From an uncultured delta proteobacterium (GTDB taxonomy: Bacteria; Desulfobacterota; Binatia; UBA9968), in assembly GCA_963847445.1 (NCBI GenBank), contig CAWJZV010000041.1, positions 32,001 to 96,000 on the forward strand: a DNA stretch of 64,000 nucleotides. The letters are read 5' to 3'. The notes beneath the pieces are model-generated. The model saw only the letters and a list, made by a program, of their open reading frames with translations, did not search any database and was not told the origin of the DNA. Each line of letters starts with the position of its first letter. The stretch's first letter is position 1. Made by a program: the position numbers and the translations under genes. This document shows, one piece after another, positions 9,896-21,312 of this stretch.

Positions 9896-12810
9896 TTATT
9901 TGACTTCTGGTTTGTCCGATTTGATCCGTTCCAAGCGGCGCACGAGCTCCGAGAAGGCGATACTTTGAGTGTGGCTGACGATATTTACCGTCGGCGGCAA
10001 CAAACTGCCCACCACCAGCAATTCTTTTCCGCCTTGGGATTCCACTCCATGCAAGGTTAGACGATCGTTTCTCAAAGTCGCTTTGAAGCCCAGCTTGCTG
10101 TAGCGAAAGCTGTCGAAAAGACTGGCGAGCCCGCCGTACAACGAGCCGGCTTCCTGGCCCGAGCTGAGCACGGTAATTTTATTCAACGCATCGACGCTGA
10201 TGCGCTGGTCGACGCCGCTGCGTTCCACCGAGTGCAGGTCGGCGCGCAATTGCGACGGCTGGCCGTCGGTGATGACGAGATCGTCGACGCTGCCCTCCAA
10301 GATGCCTGAGATCCGGCCGAATGCAAAGGTCTTGGACAGTTGTTCGAGCTCGATCGATTCCAGCTTGGCGCTCATTTTGATCGATGCCAGCGCGGAAAAC
10401 GGATTGTCGATCTCCAGTTTGCTCAGAACGGACGCGTCCGCCGAAAAGTTCAGCCTGGATCTCACCGCGGGTGCGCAGGGTGTTACCGGCAGACTCGACT
10501 TCGGGGATGGCGCCGTTCAGCTGGCCGCTAAAGCGCGGCCAATCGAAGGCCTCGGTCAAATCTTGCAGTTGCAGCCGCTTGGTGTCGGCCGAAAATGTCA
10601 CGGCTTTGGGATCGCGGATGATATCGGGCCACGAGACATTGCGTAACTCGACCTCGCCACCGAAGACTGCGATGCGCAAGGACTGATGCAGCCGCAGCGC
10701 GTTGTTTGCAAGCGCGACGGTGGTTGTCATCGGCGCCAGCTGCTGGTTGCCGAATCGAGCGCGCCCGATGGACAGCAAGCCCAGCGCGGGTGTGGCCGTG
10801 TTCTCGAACCGGCCGATCGCTGAGGCTGATTTGAAACGGTAGCTCGTAGATTGATGGCGGCGAGCTGCCAATCGTTCGATTTCGCGCCGATCTCGCCGTT
10901 CTTGAGCGCCAGGTTGCCGCTGGCGAGCGAGCTGTTCGAGGGGCGCCGTCGACCTGCAATTGCATCGCCATCTGGCCGCTCACTGCGAGCTTGTCGAGCA
11001 GCGGATATTGCCGGTGGAAAGTTTCACGCAAGAAAGAATTCGAAAAAACCCGCAGGCGACAGATTGTCGCTGCGCGCCTGCAGGCGGAGCTGCGGTGTGC
11101 CGGTTATTTGCTCGACGCTGCCGGTGAGATTCACCTGGCCCACGGTGGCGAGGGCGAGGTCGCAGCGGCGGCATTGCAGGCGGTCGTTGTCACGCGAGTA
11201 CTCGGCGTCGATTGTCAGCGCCGGTTTCTGAGATTTTGAGATCGCCGAAGAACTTTCCCCATAACAGTTCGCCGGCGGTGAGATTGAGGCTGGCAACCAT
11301 CGCCGTGGCTGTTGCTATCGGCTATGGGCGGTTACCTCGACGCTGCCGTTGACGGCCAAACCTTCGCCAACTTTGGCTGCTGTCCGCCGCGGCAAACTGC
11401 CCGCCGGTCAAATTGATCTGTGCAGTGATTAAGCCGGGCTTCTTTGAGTCGTAACTGATGGCGCCGATTTCGGCCTGCTCGACCGCGCTTTTGAGTTTGT
11501 CACTTCCTGCGAATGAAAACTTCTTGCCATCGACGCGGCCGTTTTGAATCGCCAGTTGGCCATTGGCCCAGCGAAACGGCGCTCTGAGCGAAAAACTTGC
11601 CAGGGCAAAATTCGCCGCACGCACTTGGGCGGCGTCGCTGCGCGCATTGCCGTCGATTTGCAGCGCGCGCCATGGACCGTGGAGTTTCATCTCCAGCTCG
11701 CCGTGGCCTTGATAGTTCCATTGATTGAACGGCGCCGGCATGAACTTTTTCACGCTCTCCCAGTCGAGATTGCGCGCCACGATATGGCCATCGTTGATGC
11801 TGCCGATCGGCGTGAACGCCAGATTGCCCGCGGCTTCGGCGTTGCCCAGTTGGGAGCGTAGCGTCAGCGACTTGATGGCGATGGATTTTTTCGGTGACGG
11901 AAAACTCGCCGTTGGCGTTTGCCGCCGCCGGCGCGTCGCTAATTTGCAGTGCCACCGGACTAATACTGTTGGGGAAGCCATTGAGGTCGAGCTGGCTGAT
12001 GAACGAGCCGGCGGCGAAAGTCTTGTCTAAGGCAGCGCTGGCTTTCAGCTGGCCGGACAGTTCTTTTGTCCCCAGTTTGAGTTGGTTAAATTGCAGATCG
12101 ACAGTCACATTCGGAGCTTTTCCCGCTGGTGCCTGCAGCGCAGCTTCGGCTTGTAGAATCGGCTTCGCCGCGGCATTACTCCGGCGAAACAGACCCTTGG
12201 GCGATTTCGCGTTGACCGTTGCGGTCAGCGCGACCTGGTTGGCCTGCCATTTGATCGCAAGATCGGCGATGCCGTTGAGCTGAGGTACATCGGCGCGCAG
12301 TACGATGCCGGTTTCACTTCCCAAATTGATGTTTTGCGCGTCGAGATCGATCGCTGGGATTTCGATTGGGTTGCCATCTTCGGTCTTGATCACCGCGCGT
12401 CCGTTGGTCACGCGCAAGTTACGCAGAGCCACCGTCGTTTCGCTTTTCGTTTTCGACTTGAGCAGTTCGGCCAAATCGATTTGCAATACCGGCTCCTCCA
12501 CGTGAATCCGCTGGATGGTTTTCGCAAAGAATATCCAGCGGCGTGACGGTGGCGGTTAATTTGGTGGCGGTTAAAATTCGTATTACCGTCCTTCGCGGCG
12601 GTGACGCCGCTGGCAACCAGGCGGAGCGGTAGTGATAAGCTCAGCTTGTCGGCGTGAACGGCGTAACCTGTTCTCGCTGAAATTTCGTTCTCGAGCCAGC
12701 GGTGAAAGCTGTCGGACTGCACCCAAAAATAGAGACCGCGCTAGGCCGCTAACGACGGCAGCCGAGAAATACAAAAGTGCTTTGACAATGCTGCGGGCTG
12801 GGCTTGCCAT
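9896..12810 (-). CDS. large AsmA-like/YdbH-type intermembrane bridge protein (several frameshifts)
   Basis: N-terminal TM segment, long beta-rich body, C-terminal FGRISGILEG...ISVDALNKI...FRYSKLG; lies directly upstream of the ydbL-like gene. Confidence 0.7.
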
Positions 12811-13203
12811 GTTTAATTGCTAAGTTTTTGACGCGCCTGCCTTTTCTATCCTCTAAGTCTCAGTTCGCTCGCAAGTTAGCATCAGGTTGCGGCTTAGATT
12901 GAGCATCGGCGCTTTATTGTTCACGACGGAATTGTGTTTTGCAATTTGACAGGAGCTTTTTCTCTGACCTATAAGCGAACGAGCTCTGGGGATGGGGTTT
13001 TGACATGCGCTCGGTTGCTAATTGTCGCGCCGCAGCGGAGCGACGAAAGGAGGAATGCGAGTCATTGACCACCGGGGCTAAAGTCCGTCGCCAGGAAAAG
13101 AACAACTAGGGGGTTGCATTTCAACTGCGGGCTAATGGTTGAATGAGATTCCGATTGACAATGTGGAGGAATCGAAGTGGTTCAATTTTTAGAGGAGGCT
13201 ATC

Positions 13204-13612
13204 ATGATTCAAGAATTCAAAGAGTTCATTCAAAGAGGTAACGTCGTCGACCTTGCCGTCGCGGTGGTCATCGGCGGCGCTTTCGGCAAGATCGTCGCTT
13301 CGTTCGTCGAGGATGTGCTGATGCCGCCCATCGGTTTGGCGCTCGGCGGCGTCGATTTCTCCAATTTGTTTATCAATTTGTCAGGAAAAGAATTCGCTAG
13401 TATTGCGGCGGCCAAGGCGGCCGGTGCGCCAACCCTGAACTATGGGTTGTTTTTTAATCACATGATCAATTTCCTGATCGTTGCCTTCGCAGTATTCCTG
13501 GTGGTCAAGGCGATCAATCGGTTGCAAAAGCCGGCAGCGCCACCGCCTCCGCCAGGTCCGACCAGAGGATCAGGTGTTGTTGACGGAAATCCGCGACCTG
13601 TTGAAGAAGTAA
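13204..13612 (+). CDS. mscL: large-conductance mechanosensitive channel (frameshift near C-terminus)
   Basis: [28 protein letters not shown]...[11 protein letters not shown]. Confidence 0.95.
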
Positions 13613-13640
13613 ATTCTGGGCCGGAAGTTTCGCTAGGTAA

Positions 13641-13680
13641 CCGGCACGGCGCGCGCGATTTCCGACGCGCGCCGTGCCGG
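13641..13680 (+). terminator. strong hairpin after mscL
   Basis: Perfect 15-bp inverted repeat CCGGCACGGCGCGCG/CGCGCGCCGTGCCGG; weak U-tract. Confidence 0.6.
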
Positions 13681-14351
13681 TTGCGGCAATTCATTATGGA
13701 TAAATGTCATCGACTGACGTTTAGAGTTTCTTTCGCGGCGGTTGTCGGGTTTGCGCTTTGCAGTGGTAGTTCACTGCGCGCCGATGAAGCGGCCAACACC
13801 AAAGAAATTCAGCTCGCGGCTAGCTCTGCCCTCCGCCGCGCGAGCCGATTGGCACCAATGGGATTCCTCGGCACCGGCGACAAATTGCAACCAGCCTGCG
13901 ATCACGTTTTACTTAATGCGACTTTTGTCATAGCCAGTGCTTACCTTTTTCGAGTTTATTGCCGAACCGCAGCCAGACTCACGGGTATGGCTGAAAATTT
14001 TATTTAAGGATTGAGTCGATTTTTTACCCGGCAGTTATTTGGCGCCCATGCCCAATCGATCATGCCATGAGGCCTGTTTGATCGATCGCGGCGGACAGTA
14101 ACTTCTGCGTAATCGCAACGCTTAACTCGGATTCGGCGTCCATCGCGCGAGCTCCCAATTTGCTGCCCTAGTATGCCGGAGCGAGATCCCTGCGCGACGC
14201 CGCGGCGCCAACAGCAAACCTTCCGGACAAGATTTGGAAGTAAACGATAGCCCAAGCACGGCGTTTAAAAGAATTCGGGTTTTTTCTTGACAAACTAAGA
14301 CCCGTATACTAATTTGGCCAAAATTTCGTATTTTTCGCATGGGAGGCAGAG

Positions 14352-15090
14352 ATGACGAATTCAAACAAATATCTAGCGTTAACCGCGCTAGGTTTCTTCA
14401 TGACCGGTTGTACCGGGTTAACGAAGAATCAAGCGGCATTAGTGGGTGCTTCGGTCTGCGGTGTGGGCGGCGCGGCGCTGGCGCTGTACCGCGCATCAGG
14501 GCGTCGGTGGAAAGCATCGAATCGAAGCGGTCGGCGCGGCGATCGGCTTGGTTAGCGGCGCGCTGATTTGCGGCGGTCTCGCGTATTTAATGACCGAGGA
14601 TCCGAAGCCGGCACCGAAGCCAGCTCCACCACCGCCACCTCCGCCACCTCCTCCGCCGCCAAAACCGGAGGCGAAACCAGAAGCGAAACCAGCGCCGAAA
14701 CCGGAAGCAAAACCGGAAGCAAAACCGGCGCCGAAGCCGGCGCCAAAGGTTGAGCGGACGATCATCCTCGATGACGTGCTCTTCGACTTCGATAAGAGCA
14801 ATGTGAAGCCGGAAGCGGCGGCGATCTTGGATCGTTTGGTTGCTTTCATGAAAGAGAACGCCGACAAGAAGGCCAACCTTTCCGGTCATACCGATAACGT
14901 CGGGACTGATGCCTATAACCAGGCGCTTTCCGAGCGGCGTACCGCCTCGGTCAAGGACTATGTCGTCGGCAAGGGTGTCGATGGCGGGCGGGTTTCCGGA
15001 CAGGGCTTTGGCGAGAGCAAGCCGATCGCGGATAACAAGACCGCGGAAGGTCGCTCCAAGAACCGTCGAGTTGAGATCAAAGTCAACTAA
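14352..15090 (+). CDS. OmpA-family lipoprotein: glycine zipper, Pro-rich linker, OmpA C-terminal domain (frameshift)
   Basis: Lipobox MTGC; VLFDFDKS, GHTDNVG...YNQALSERR, GFGESKPIADN, NRRVEI. Confidence 0.92.
14602..14748 (+). repeat. coding tandem repeat (poly-Pro and KPEA/KPAP 12-nt units) in the OmpA linker
   Basis: PPPPPPPPPPPP followed by KPEAKPEAKPAP twice. Confidence 0.9.
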
Positions 15091-15113
15091 AGTTCTCTAA
15101 CGCGATATTCACT

Positions 15114-15497
15114 ATGCGGATGCCAGGAAAGACATTGATTGCTCTCTTCCTGGCATCCGCATTTTTGTTTCCAGTCTCAGCCGATGCCCAGGTTTTTAGC
15201 TTCAAAGAGATCGAAGCCAAGGTGCGCGAGTTTCGCACTCTGCTAGATCAAGCGGGCTCCAACGGCACCCGTTTCTGGACCAGACTCGATAGCAGCAAGC
15301 GACCGCATAAGCTTTATGTCGGCGACGGATTCATCAATGCCGATGACGAGGCTAAGGAAAACTTCATTGAACTCTTTTCCCGGTTTCTTGCCGGCCATCC
15401 GGAAAAAAACATGCTCATCGATATCTACGATGCGAGCACAAGTAATCTCATCGGTGAGTATGGTTTCGGTGGGTTTCGCCTCTTTCCGCCAAAGTAG
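15114..15497 (+). CDS. hypothetical secreted protein
   Basis: Signal peptide ending ADA-Q; 127 aa directly after the OmpA gene. Confidence 0.7.
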   Translation: MRMPGKTLIALFLASAFLFPVSADAQVFSFKEIEAKVREFRTLLDQAGSNGTRFWTRLDSSKRPHKLYVGDGFINADDEAKENFIELFSRFLAGHPEKNMLIDIYDASTSNLIGEYGFGGFRLFPPK

Positions 15498-15620
15498 ATG
15501 TTTCGCCAGCGCTTTCTGAGCTGGCGCATTCTTCATTCTCTCATCACTCTAGTTTCTGGATCATCCTCTAGATTGGCAACTGGTTTTGCCCGGTCTATTT
15601 CAATAGCTTGTAGGCAACGC

Positions 15621-16950
15621 ATGGAACGGTCAGTCGAGCAGCTGCGCTTGGACGCCGCGACTATTTTCAACGTCGCTGTGAAGGCTGGTGACGCGGCAAA
15701 TGCCGTCAAGCGCCATGTGCACATGAGTGGGACAGCGATCGAAGTCGCGGCTAGAAGTTATCCCTTCGTGGAGTTCGGTAGAGTTTTTATCGTCGGTGCT
15801 GGCAAAGCTGCGATGCCGATGGCGCAGGCTATGGAGACGTTGCTCGGCGAGCGGCTCACCGGCGGCATCGTCGTGACCCCATATGGCCAAGCCCAGATAT
15901 TACAGAAAGTTCGTGTCATCGAAGCGGCTCATCCGATTCCTGACCATGCGGGCTTGACAGGCGCGCGCCTGATTGCCGGCATCGCTCGGCAGGCGACTGT
16001 AGATGATTTAATTTTTATCCTGCTATCCGGCGGCGGTTCAGCGCTGTTGCCCTATCCGATTGACGGGTTGACGTTGGCGGATAAGCAAACCGTCACGCAG
16101 TTGCTCTTGCAGAGCGGCGCAACCATTCAAGAAATCAATGCCCTGCGGCGACATCTGTCGCAGCTCAAGGGCGGGAAGCTCGCCCGAATGGCCGATCCCG
16201 CCCAGGTGGTCACGCTGATCTTGTCCGATGTCATCGGCGATCGGCTTGAAGATATCGCATCGGGACCGACGGCGCCGGACCCGAGCCGATACGCCGACTG
16301 TCTGGAGATCATGCGAAAGTATCGGCTGCAAGAGTCTATTGCGCCTCGCAGCACGGTCAATTCTTGAGCGCGGCAGCCAGGGTGAGATTGCTGAAACGGT
16401 CAAACCTAACGATCCAGTTTTCACTAGAGTGCACAATCTAATTATCGGCAGCAACCGGCTCGCGACCGAAGCGGCGCGATCCTACGCGGAAAGCTTGGGT
16501 TATCGCGCGACGATTCTGTCAAACGCCGTCCAAGGCGAAAGCCGCGAGGTTGCCAAGCGACAGGCCGCAACGATCAAGGAAGCTTTGGCCAAGCCGATGC
16601 CCGAACCCACGTGCTTCATATCCGGCGGTGAGACCACTGTTACAGTGCGCGGTGACGGCCTGGGCGGGCGCAATCAAGAGTTTGCGCTTGCCGCGGCTCT
16701 CGAGATCGCCGGTACCGCAGGGGTGGTTGTGCTCAGCGCCGGAACCGATGGTATCGATGGGCCGACGGCCGCCGCCGGTGCGATCATCGACGGCACGACG
16801 GTCGCGCGCGGGCGTTCGAAAGGTTGCGACGCGGCGGAATTTTTAGCGCGCAACGACAGCTATAGTTTTTTGAGCGCGACTGGCGATTTACTGATCACCG
16901 GGCCAACTCACACCAACGTTATGGATATCCAGGTGATGTTGGCGGGATAA
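15621..16950 (+). CDS. glycerate 2-kinase (DUF4147 + MOFRL), one frameshift
   Basis: VGAGKAA, AAHPIPD, LLSGGGSAL, LILSDVIGD, IASGPT, SGGETTV, GGRNQE, GTDGIDG, TGPTHTNVMD. Confidence 0.93.
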
Positions 16951-17175
16951 TCTTGGATGTAACGATGAGTAATTCGATCGATGCCACAGGTCACAGTCAC
17001 GGCCCCGGTCCTAGGGCCAGAATTCACTGGTAAAACGCTCTCTGCAGGGGGCTCGGGCCGGGCGCCGCGGTGGGAAATTTTTCGCCAATTGACTATTGAT
17101 TTGGAAATTCGTTCATGGTTAGAGTGCCATTTTTCGCAGCCCCTGGCCTTGGAAAACTGTTTTGGGAGTAGGACG

Positions 17176-17388
17176 ATGATTGACGTGAGCTTGAAGGGAG
17201 TGCGCTGCCGCGCCGCGCAGGAGATCCTCGATATCGAAGGTACGGTCAGTGCCTCGACCGAAGGCACGATTATTTATGAGTTAGAAGGCGAGGGCGGACA
17301 ACTGGTAAACGTGCATTGGGACGATGGCAGTCGCTCGCTGGTGTCATCGGAAGAAATCGTCATCACCGATCTGGTTACCTGGCAATAG
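17176..17388 (+). CDS. small hypothetical protein (70 aa)
   Basis: GGAGTAGGA RBS before ATG; acidic beta-rich sequence (VNVHWDDG). Confidence 0.6.
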   Translation: MIDVSLKGVRCRAAQEILDIEGTVSASTEGTIIYELEGEGGQLVNVHWDDGSRSLVSSEEIVITDLVTWQ

Positions 17389-17573
17389 CATTGCGCTTAT
17401 TTGCAGTCTAGCCGCGGCCGGCGAGATCTCAATTCGACTGACGATTCATTTTCTGCGGTAACGCCACCTTAGTGCTGAAGAGCAATCCTATCCAACGCGA
17501 CTCACTCTAGATTTTCTTCAAGTAAACGCGCAGGACTGCACTGACTTGGCGGAGATTACACGCCGGCAATTTG

Positions 17574-18563
17574 TTAGATTGATTTACTAGATTTTTGCGA
17601 TAGGCCGAGATCGGCAAGATCCGACGCGGTGACGCGAACCTCGCAAGCGGGCAAGCGAGACATATGGAAACGGCCAACCAGCTCCTCGGCATGGACTCGT
17701 GACGGTGCATCAATGCCTGCGCTCCGCGCAACCCATGCGACGATTTGCCGCGGATCGGTGCCGGCGGCGCGCAGGCGGGCGAGCGAAACGTCGTCGCTGC
17801 GCTTGGCCAGGCGGCGTCCCAAAGTGTCGGTGACGAGCGGCACATGCCACCATCGTGGATGTTGGTAGCCTAGCGCTTCCTGCAATAACCATTGGCGGGC
17901 GCAGCTTGCGAGCAGGTCGGCGCCACGAACGATCTCGGTGACGCCTTGGCGCGCGTCGTCGACCACCACTGCGAGTTGGTACGCCGGCAGGCCGAGGCGA
18001 CGGAGAACCGGAAAGTCGCCGATCTCTTTGCTCACGTCGAACTCATGCACACCCTGAATGCCGTCTGCGATACGCACGAGCAGATTCGGCACGGCTAAGC
18101 GCAAGGCGGCGGGCCGGCCGGATTCCTGCTCGGCCGCGGCCAGACTTCGGTACCGGCCGCGACAAGTACCCGGATAAATCGCCTCGAACTGTTCACCGTG
18201 GGGGGCCGACATGGCCGCTTGGATCTCGCTACGGCTGCAGGTGCATGGGTAGGCGAGGCCGTGATCGATGAGTGCTCCGGCTGCGGCATTGATTGCGTCG
18301 ACACCGCTCGACTGCACATAGGGTTCGCCGTCCCAGTCGAGGCCGAGCCAGCGCAGATCCTCGATCGTGGCTTCGAGCATACCCGGCTTGACGCGCTCAA
18401 TGTCGAGATCCTCCAAGCGCAAGACGATACGGCTGCCGCGCGAACGCGCATGCCACCAAGCAAGCAGGAACGAACGCGCGTGCCCCAGGTGCAGGTGGCC
18501 GGTGGGACTCGGCGCTAGCCGGCCGACGATCTGGGTGTTTACAATATTGCGGGGAACGTCCAT
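17574..18563 (-). CDS. gluQ: tRNA glutamyl-Q(34) synthetase GluQRS
   Basis: GRLAPSPTGHLHLGH, LRLEDLD, YPCTCSR, YPGTCR, AYQLAVVVDD, RLAKR; no anticodon-binding domain. Confidence 0.93.
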   Translation of the reverse strand: MDVPRNIVNTQIVGRLAPSPTGHLHLGHARSFLLAWWHARSRGSRIVLRLEDLDIERVKPGMLEATIEDLRWLGLDWDGEPYVQSSGVDAINAAAGALIDHGLAYPCTCSRSEIQAAMSAPHGEQFEAIYPGTCRGRYRSLAAAEQESGRPAALRLAVPNLLVRIADGIQGVHEFDVSKEIGDFPVLRRLGLPAYQLAVVVDDARQGVTEIVRGADLLASCARQWLLQEALGYQHPRWWHVPLVTDTLGRRLAKRSDDVSLARLRAAGTDPRQIVAWVARSAGIDAPSRVHAEELVGRFHMSRLPACEVRVTASDLADLGLSQKSSKSI

Positions 18564-18822
18564 TCGAATTAAAAAAGGTCAGTTGACGGTCAAAATACCA
18601 ACTGTTGGAGAAGCGAAAGTGCTTGAGGCAAATCTGACAGACTTGACAAAGTCCTCGTACTCCGAAGATTTGCCGTGAGCGGCCGTGATAAACGGCGACT
18701 TGCCAGACCGATTTGGCATTGGACGGAGCCGCTGTTGGAGGTTAAGTCTGCCAGACGCGAAGTCGCTGAGCCGTTTAAGACTTAACGGTTTGGCACACGC
18801 TGCGGTGAGATCGGCTGTTTAA

Positions 18823-19281
18823 CTAAAAGGTATCGTCTTCGGCGTCGGTGGCGTCGAGCCGACGGTAGCTGCGCTCGTTCTCCAGGGTCTTTTGCCGCTT
18901 GCTTTCCTTCTCGTTCTCTTCCTGGCACCGGACACAGAGGCGGGTGAAGGGCAGGACTTTGAGCCGCCCCAACTGGATTTCCCCCTCGCAGCTCTCGCAT
19001 AATCCATAGGTCTTTTCGGAGATACGCTGCAAGGCTTCATCGATAGCGTGGAGCTTTTCGCGCTCGCGGTCGTTCAAGATGAAATTGATTTCCCGGTCGC
19101 GTTCGTCGCTGGCGAGATCGTAGGTGTCGCGTCCTTCATCCTTGGAACCTTCGGTCTCGCCTTTGACGCGCCCCCGCATTTCCTTCATCAAGGAGCGCTT
19201 CATCTCCTGGAGCATGTCGGAGGCCTGCTTCAAAAACTCTCTTCGCTGTTTTTTTTCTTTGTCTGCGTCGGCTTTAGCCAT
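18823..19281 (-). CDS. dksA: DksA/TraR C4 zinc-finger transcription factor
   Basis: Coiled-coil tip DTYDLA (DxxDxA); YGLCESC...RLKVLPFTRLCVRC. Confidence 0.88.
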   Translation of the reverse strand: MAKADADKEKKQRREFLKQASDMLQEMKRSLMKEMRGRVKGETEGSKDEGRDTYDLASDERDREINFILNDREREKLHAIDEALQRISEKTYGLCESCEGEIQLGRLKVLPFTRLCVRCQEENEKESKRQKTLENERSYRRLDATDAEDDTF

Positions 19282-20629
19282 GGAGTATCTCACCTATCAG
19301 GTCATAATCGGCTGCGCCAGTGATTCTTACATCCAGCATATCGCCAGCGTTGGCCGGAGTGGCCGGCTTTGATTCGAAGCCTTCGATATAAACAACACCG
19401 TCGACCTCCGGCGCATGGGCCTCGGTTCGACCGGTGAGCTGGCCCGAGTCTGGATCAACGTCGTCGATCATAACTCTCTGTATAGTGCCAATCAAGTCCT
19501 GATTCTTTTTCCGCGAAACCGCGGCTTGGATATCCATCACTTCCTGCCAGCGGTCTTCCTTTTCCTCTTCGCTGACCTTGCCGTCGAGCCTGGCGGCGCT
19601 CGTGCCCTCCTCCTCAGAGTACTTGAATACCCCCAGCCGATCGAATTTAGCGGCTTCGACAAAATCCAGGAGCTCGGCGAAGTCCTCATCGGTTTCGCCG
19701 GGAAAGCCGACAATCATCGAAGTCCGCAGTGTCAATCCGGGAATCGCTTGACGCAGTTTCTCAACGGCTTGGCGCACCGCGCTGCCGCTTTTGCCGCGCC
19801 GCATACGTTGCAGCAGTCGCGGGCTGATATGCTGAAAGGGGATATCGACATATTTGCAGATCTTGCCGGCGTTGGCGATCAGATCGAGCAGTTCTGTATC
19901 GAGAAAGTTGGGATACGAATAGAGCAGGCGGATCCACTCGATGTCATCAACCTGGGCCATCTCGCGCAACAGGCGGTAAAGCGTCGTACCGTCTTTGCGG
20001 TCCCGTCCAAAAGCGGTCAGATCTTGGGCGATCAGGTTGATTTCCTTAACTCCAGCTTGGGCGAGCTGTTGGGTCTCGGTAACCACCGACTCGATGCTGC
20101 GGCTGCGGTGCGGACCGCGCAGCTGTGGGATGATGCAAAAAGCACATTTGTGATCGCACCCTTCGGAGACTTTCACAAACGCCGTATGGGACGGCGTCGA
20201 CCGGGTTCGCGGCGTGGCATGGTCGTAGATGTAACTCGGCAAGCCGACATATTGGCGCCGCCGGGTCGCTTCATGCTCGCGCAAAATCTCAGCGATGCGC
20301 GGCACCTCTCCGGTGCCGATGAATAGATCGACCTCCGCCAGTTCCGCCGCCAGTTCGGTGGGATAGCGCTGCGAAAGACAGCCCGCGACCACCAGCTTTT
20401 TTAGCTTGCCGGATTCCTTGAGTCGGCCGATCTCGACAATGGTATCGATGGACTCTTCCTTGGCGGCGCCGATAAAGCCGCAGGTGTTAACCATGACGAT
20501 ATCGGCATCGCTAGGCTCTGCGACGATCTCGTAGTTGTTTTTCTCCAGCAGTCCGGCCATGACCTCGGAGTCGACCAAATTACGAGCGCAACCGAGGCTG
20601 ACGATGCTGAATTTTTGTTTGGTCGTCAT
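19274..20629 (-). CDS. rimO: ribosomal protein S12 methylthiotransferase
   Basis: SLGCARNLVDSE, VNTCGFI, SEGCDHKCAFCIIP, HAPEVDG; TRAM domain. Confidence 0.97.
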   Translation of the reverse strand: MTTKQKFSIVSLGCARNLVDSEVMAGLLEKNNYEIVAEPSDADIVMVNTCGFIGAAKEESIDTIVEIGRLKESGKLKKLVVAGCLSQRYPTELAAELAEVDLFIGTGEVPRIAEILREHEATRRRQYVGLPSYIYDHATPRTRSTPSHTAFVKVSEGCDHKCAFCIIPQLRGPHRSRSIESVVTETQQLAQAGVKEINLIAQDLTAFGRDRKDGTTLYRLLREMAQVDDIEWIRLLYSYPNFLDTELLDLIANAGKICKYVDIPFQHISPRLLQRMRRGKSGSAVRQAVEKLRQAIPGLTLRTSMIVGFPGETDEDFAELLDFVEAAKFDRLGVFKYSEEEGTSAARLDGKVSEEEKEDRWQEVMDIQAAVSRKKNQDLIGTIQRVMIDDVDPDSGQLTGRTEAHAPEVDGVVYIEGFESKPATPANAGDMLDVRITGAADYDLIGEILHG

Positions 20630-21312
20630 TGGCCTAGTTCGACGACATCGGCGCCGTTGGGGATCTGCACCTGAAACAGGGAATCTTTGATGCCGACGCC
20701 CTTGCGCATGGCGGAAAAGCGCAATGTGGTCAGATTGCTGGCGGCATCGCGCACGCTGACCCAGAGGATATCAGAGGTCGCCTTGCTGGCACCGATGAGA
20801 ATCTCGTTATGGCCGCCGGCCTCGCCCTTGGGTTCTAGTCTTAGGACATTTTGGCTTTCGTCGCTGGCTTTGAGGGTGGCGTTAAAATCTTTCTTGAGAT
20901 TGCCGAGGCCCAACAAAAACGACAGCGGAATATCGCCGCGAAAGGCGTTTTTGAGCGGGCTCTTGATCACTTGATTCTGTTCGGGCTGGTAGAAAAACAG
21001 ATGCTTGCCGTCGGCCAGCACGAACTGTCCCTTGGGCGTGTCGTAGTTCCAGAGCATTTTGCCGGGGCGCTTGAACGAGAGCTTGCCCGAAGCCTTGAGA
21101 CTCCGACCGAGAGTCTTGACTTCGGTTTCTTGGCGAAAGTCGGCGACGAAGTCGACGGTGGCATCGTAGGTTCGCTGCAGCGCGTCGATAATCGGTTCGG
21201 CGCTGTTGGTCTCCGCGGCGCGGCTGGACTGAAGATTTACCGTAGAAACGAAGCCCGAGCCGAGCAGGATCGCCCAAAGGATTTGCCTAGTCTTCTTCGA
21301 TCTTTTGCGCAT
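20626..21312 (-). CDS. lolA: outer-membrane lipoprotein chaperone LolA
   Basis: ADFRQ, FKRPGKMLWNY, ADGKHLFFYQPEQNQV; downstream of ftsK. Confidence 0.9.
   Translation of the reverse strand: MRKRSKKTRQILWAILLGSGFVSTVNLQSSRAAETNSAEPIIDALQRTYDATVDFVADFRQETEVKTLGRSLKASGKLSFKRPGKMLWNYDTPKGQFVLADGKHLFFYQPEQNQVIKSPLKNAFRGDIPLSFLLGLGNLKKDFNATLKASDESQNVLRLEPKGEAGGHNEILIGASKATSDILWVSVRDAASNLTTLRFSAMRKGVGIKDSLFQVQIPNGADVVELGQ

Noticed and set aside
12930-13200. Possible riboswitch upstream of mscL
   Set aside because: The GAAAGG...GGGGCTAAAG segment only loosely recalls a c-di-GMP motif; I could not build the consensus stems.
13696-14007. Apparent C-terminal extension of MscL (276-aa ORF)
   Set aside because: Caused by a frameshift. 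The real MscL end ([11 protein letters not shown]) and a hairpin lie at 13612-13680. A separate small secreted ORF here is possible but unsupported.
18791-18806. TGGCAC sigma54-like site near dksA
   Set aside because: No GC at the -12 position and no downstream gene on that strand.
19415-20326. Long antisense ORFs (also 39030..40214, 53095..54324, 36559..37443, 2652..3551)
   Set aside because: Shadow frames of well-supported genes, common in high-GC DNA, with no motifs of their own.
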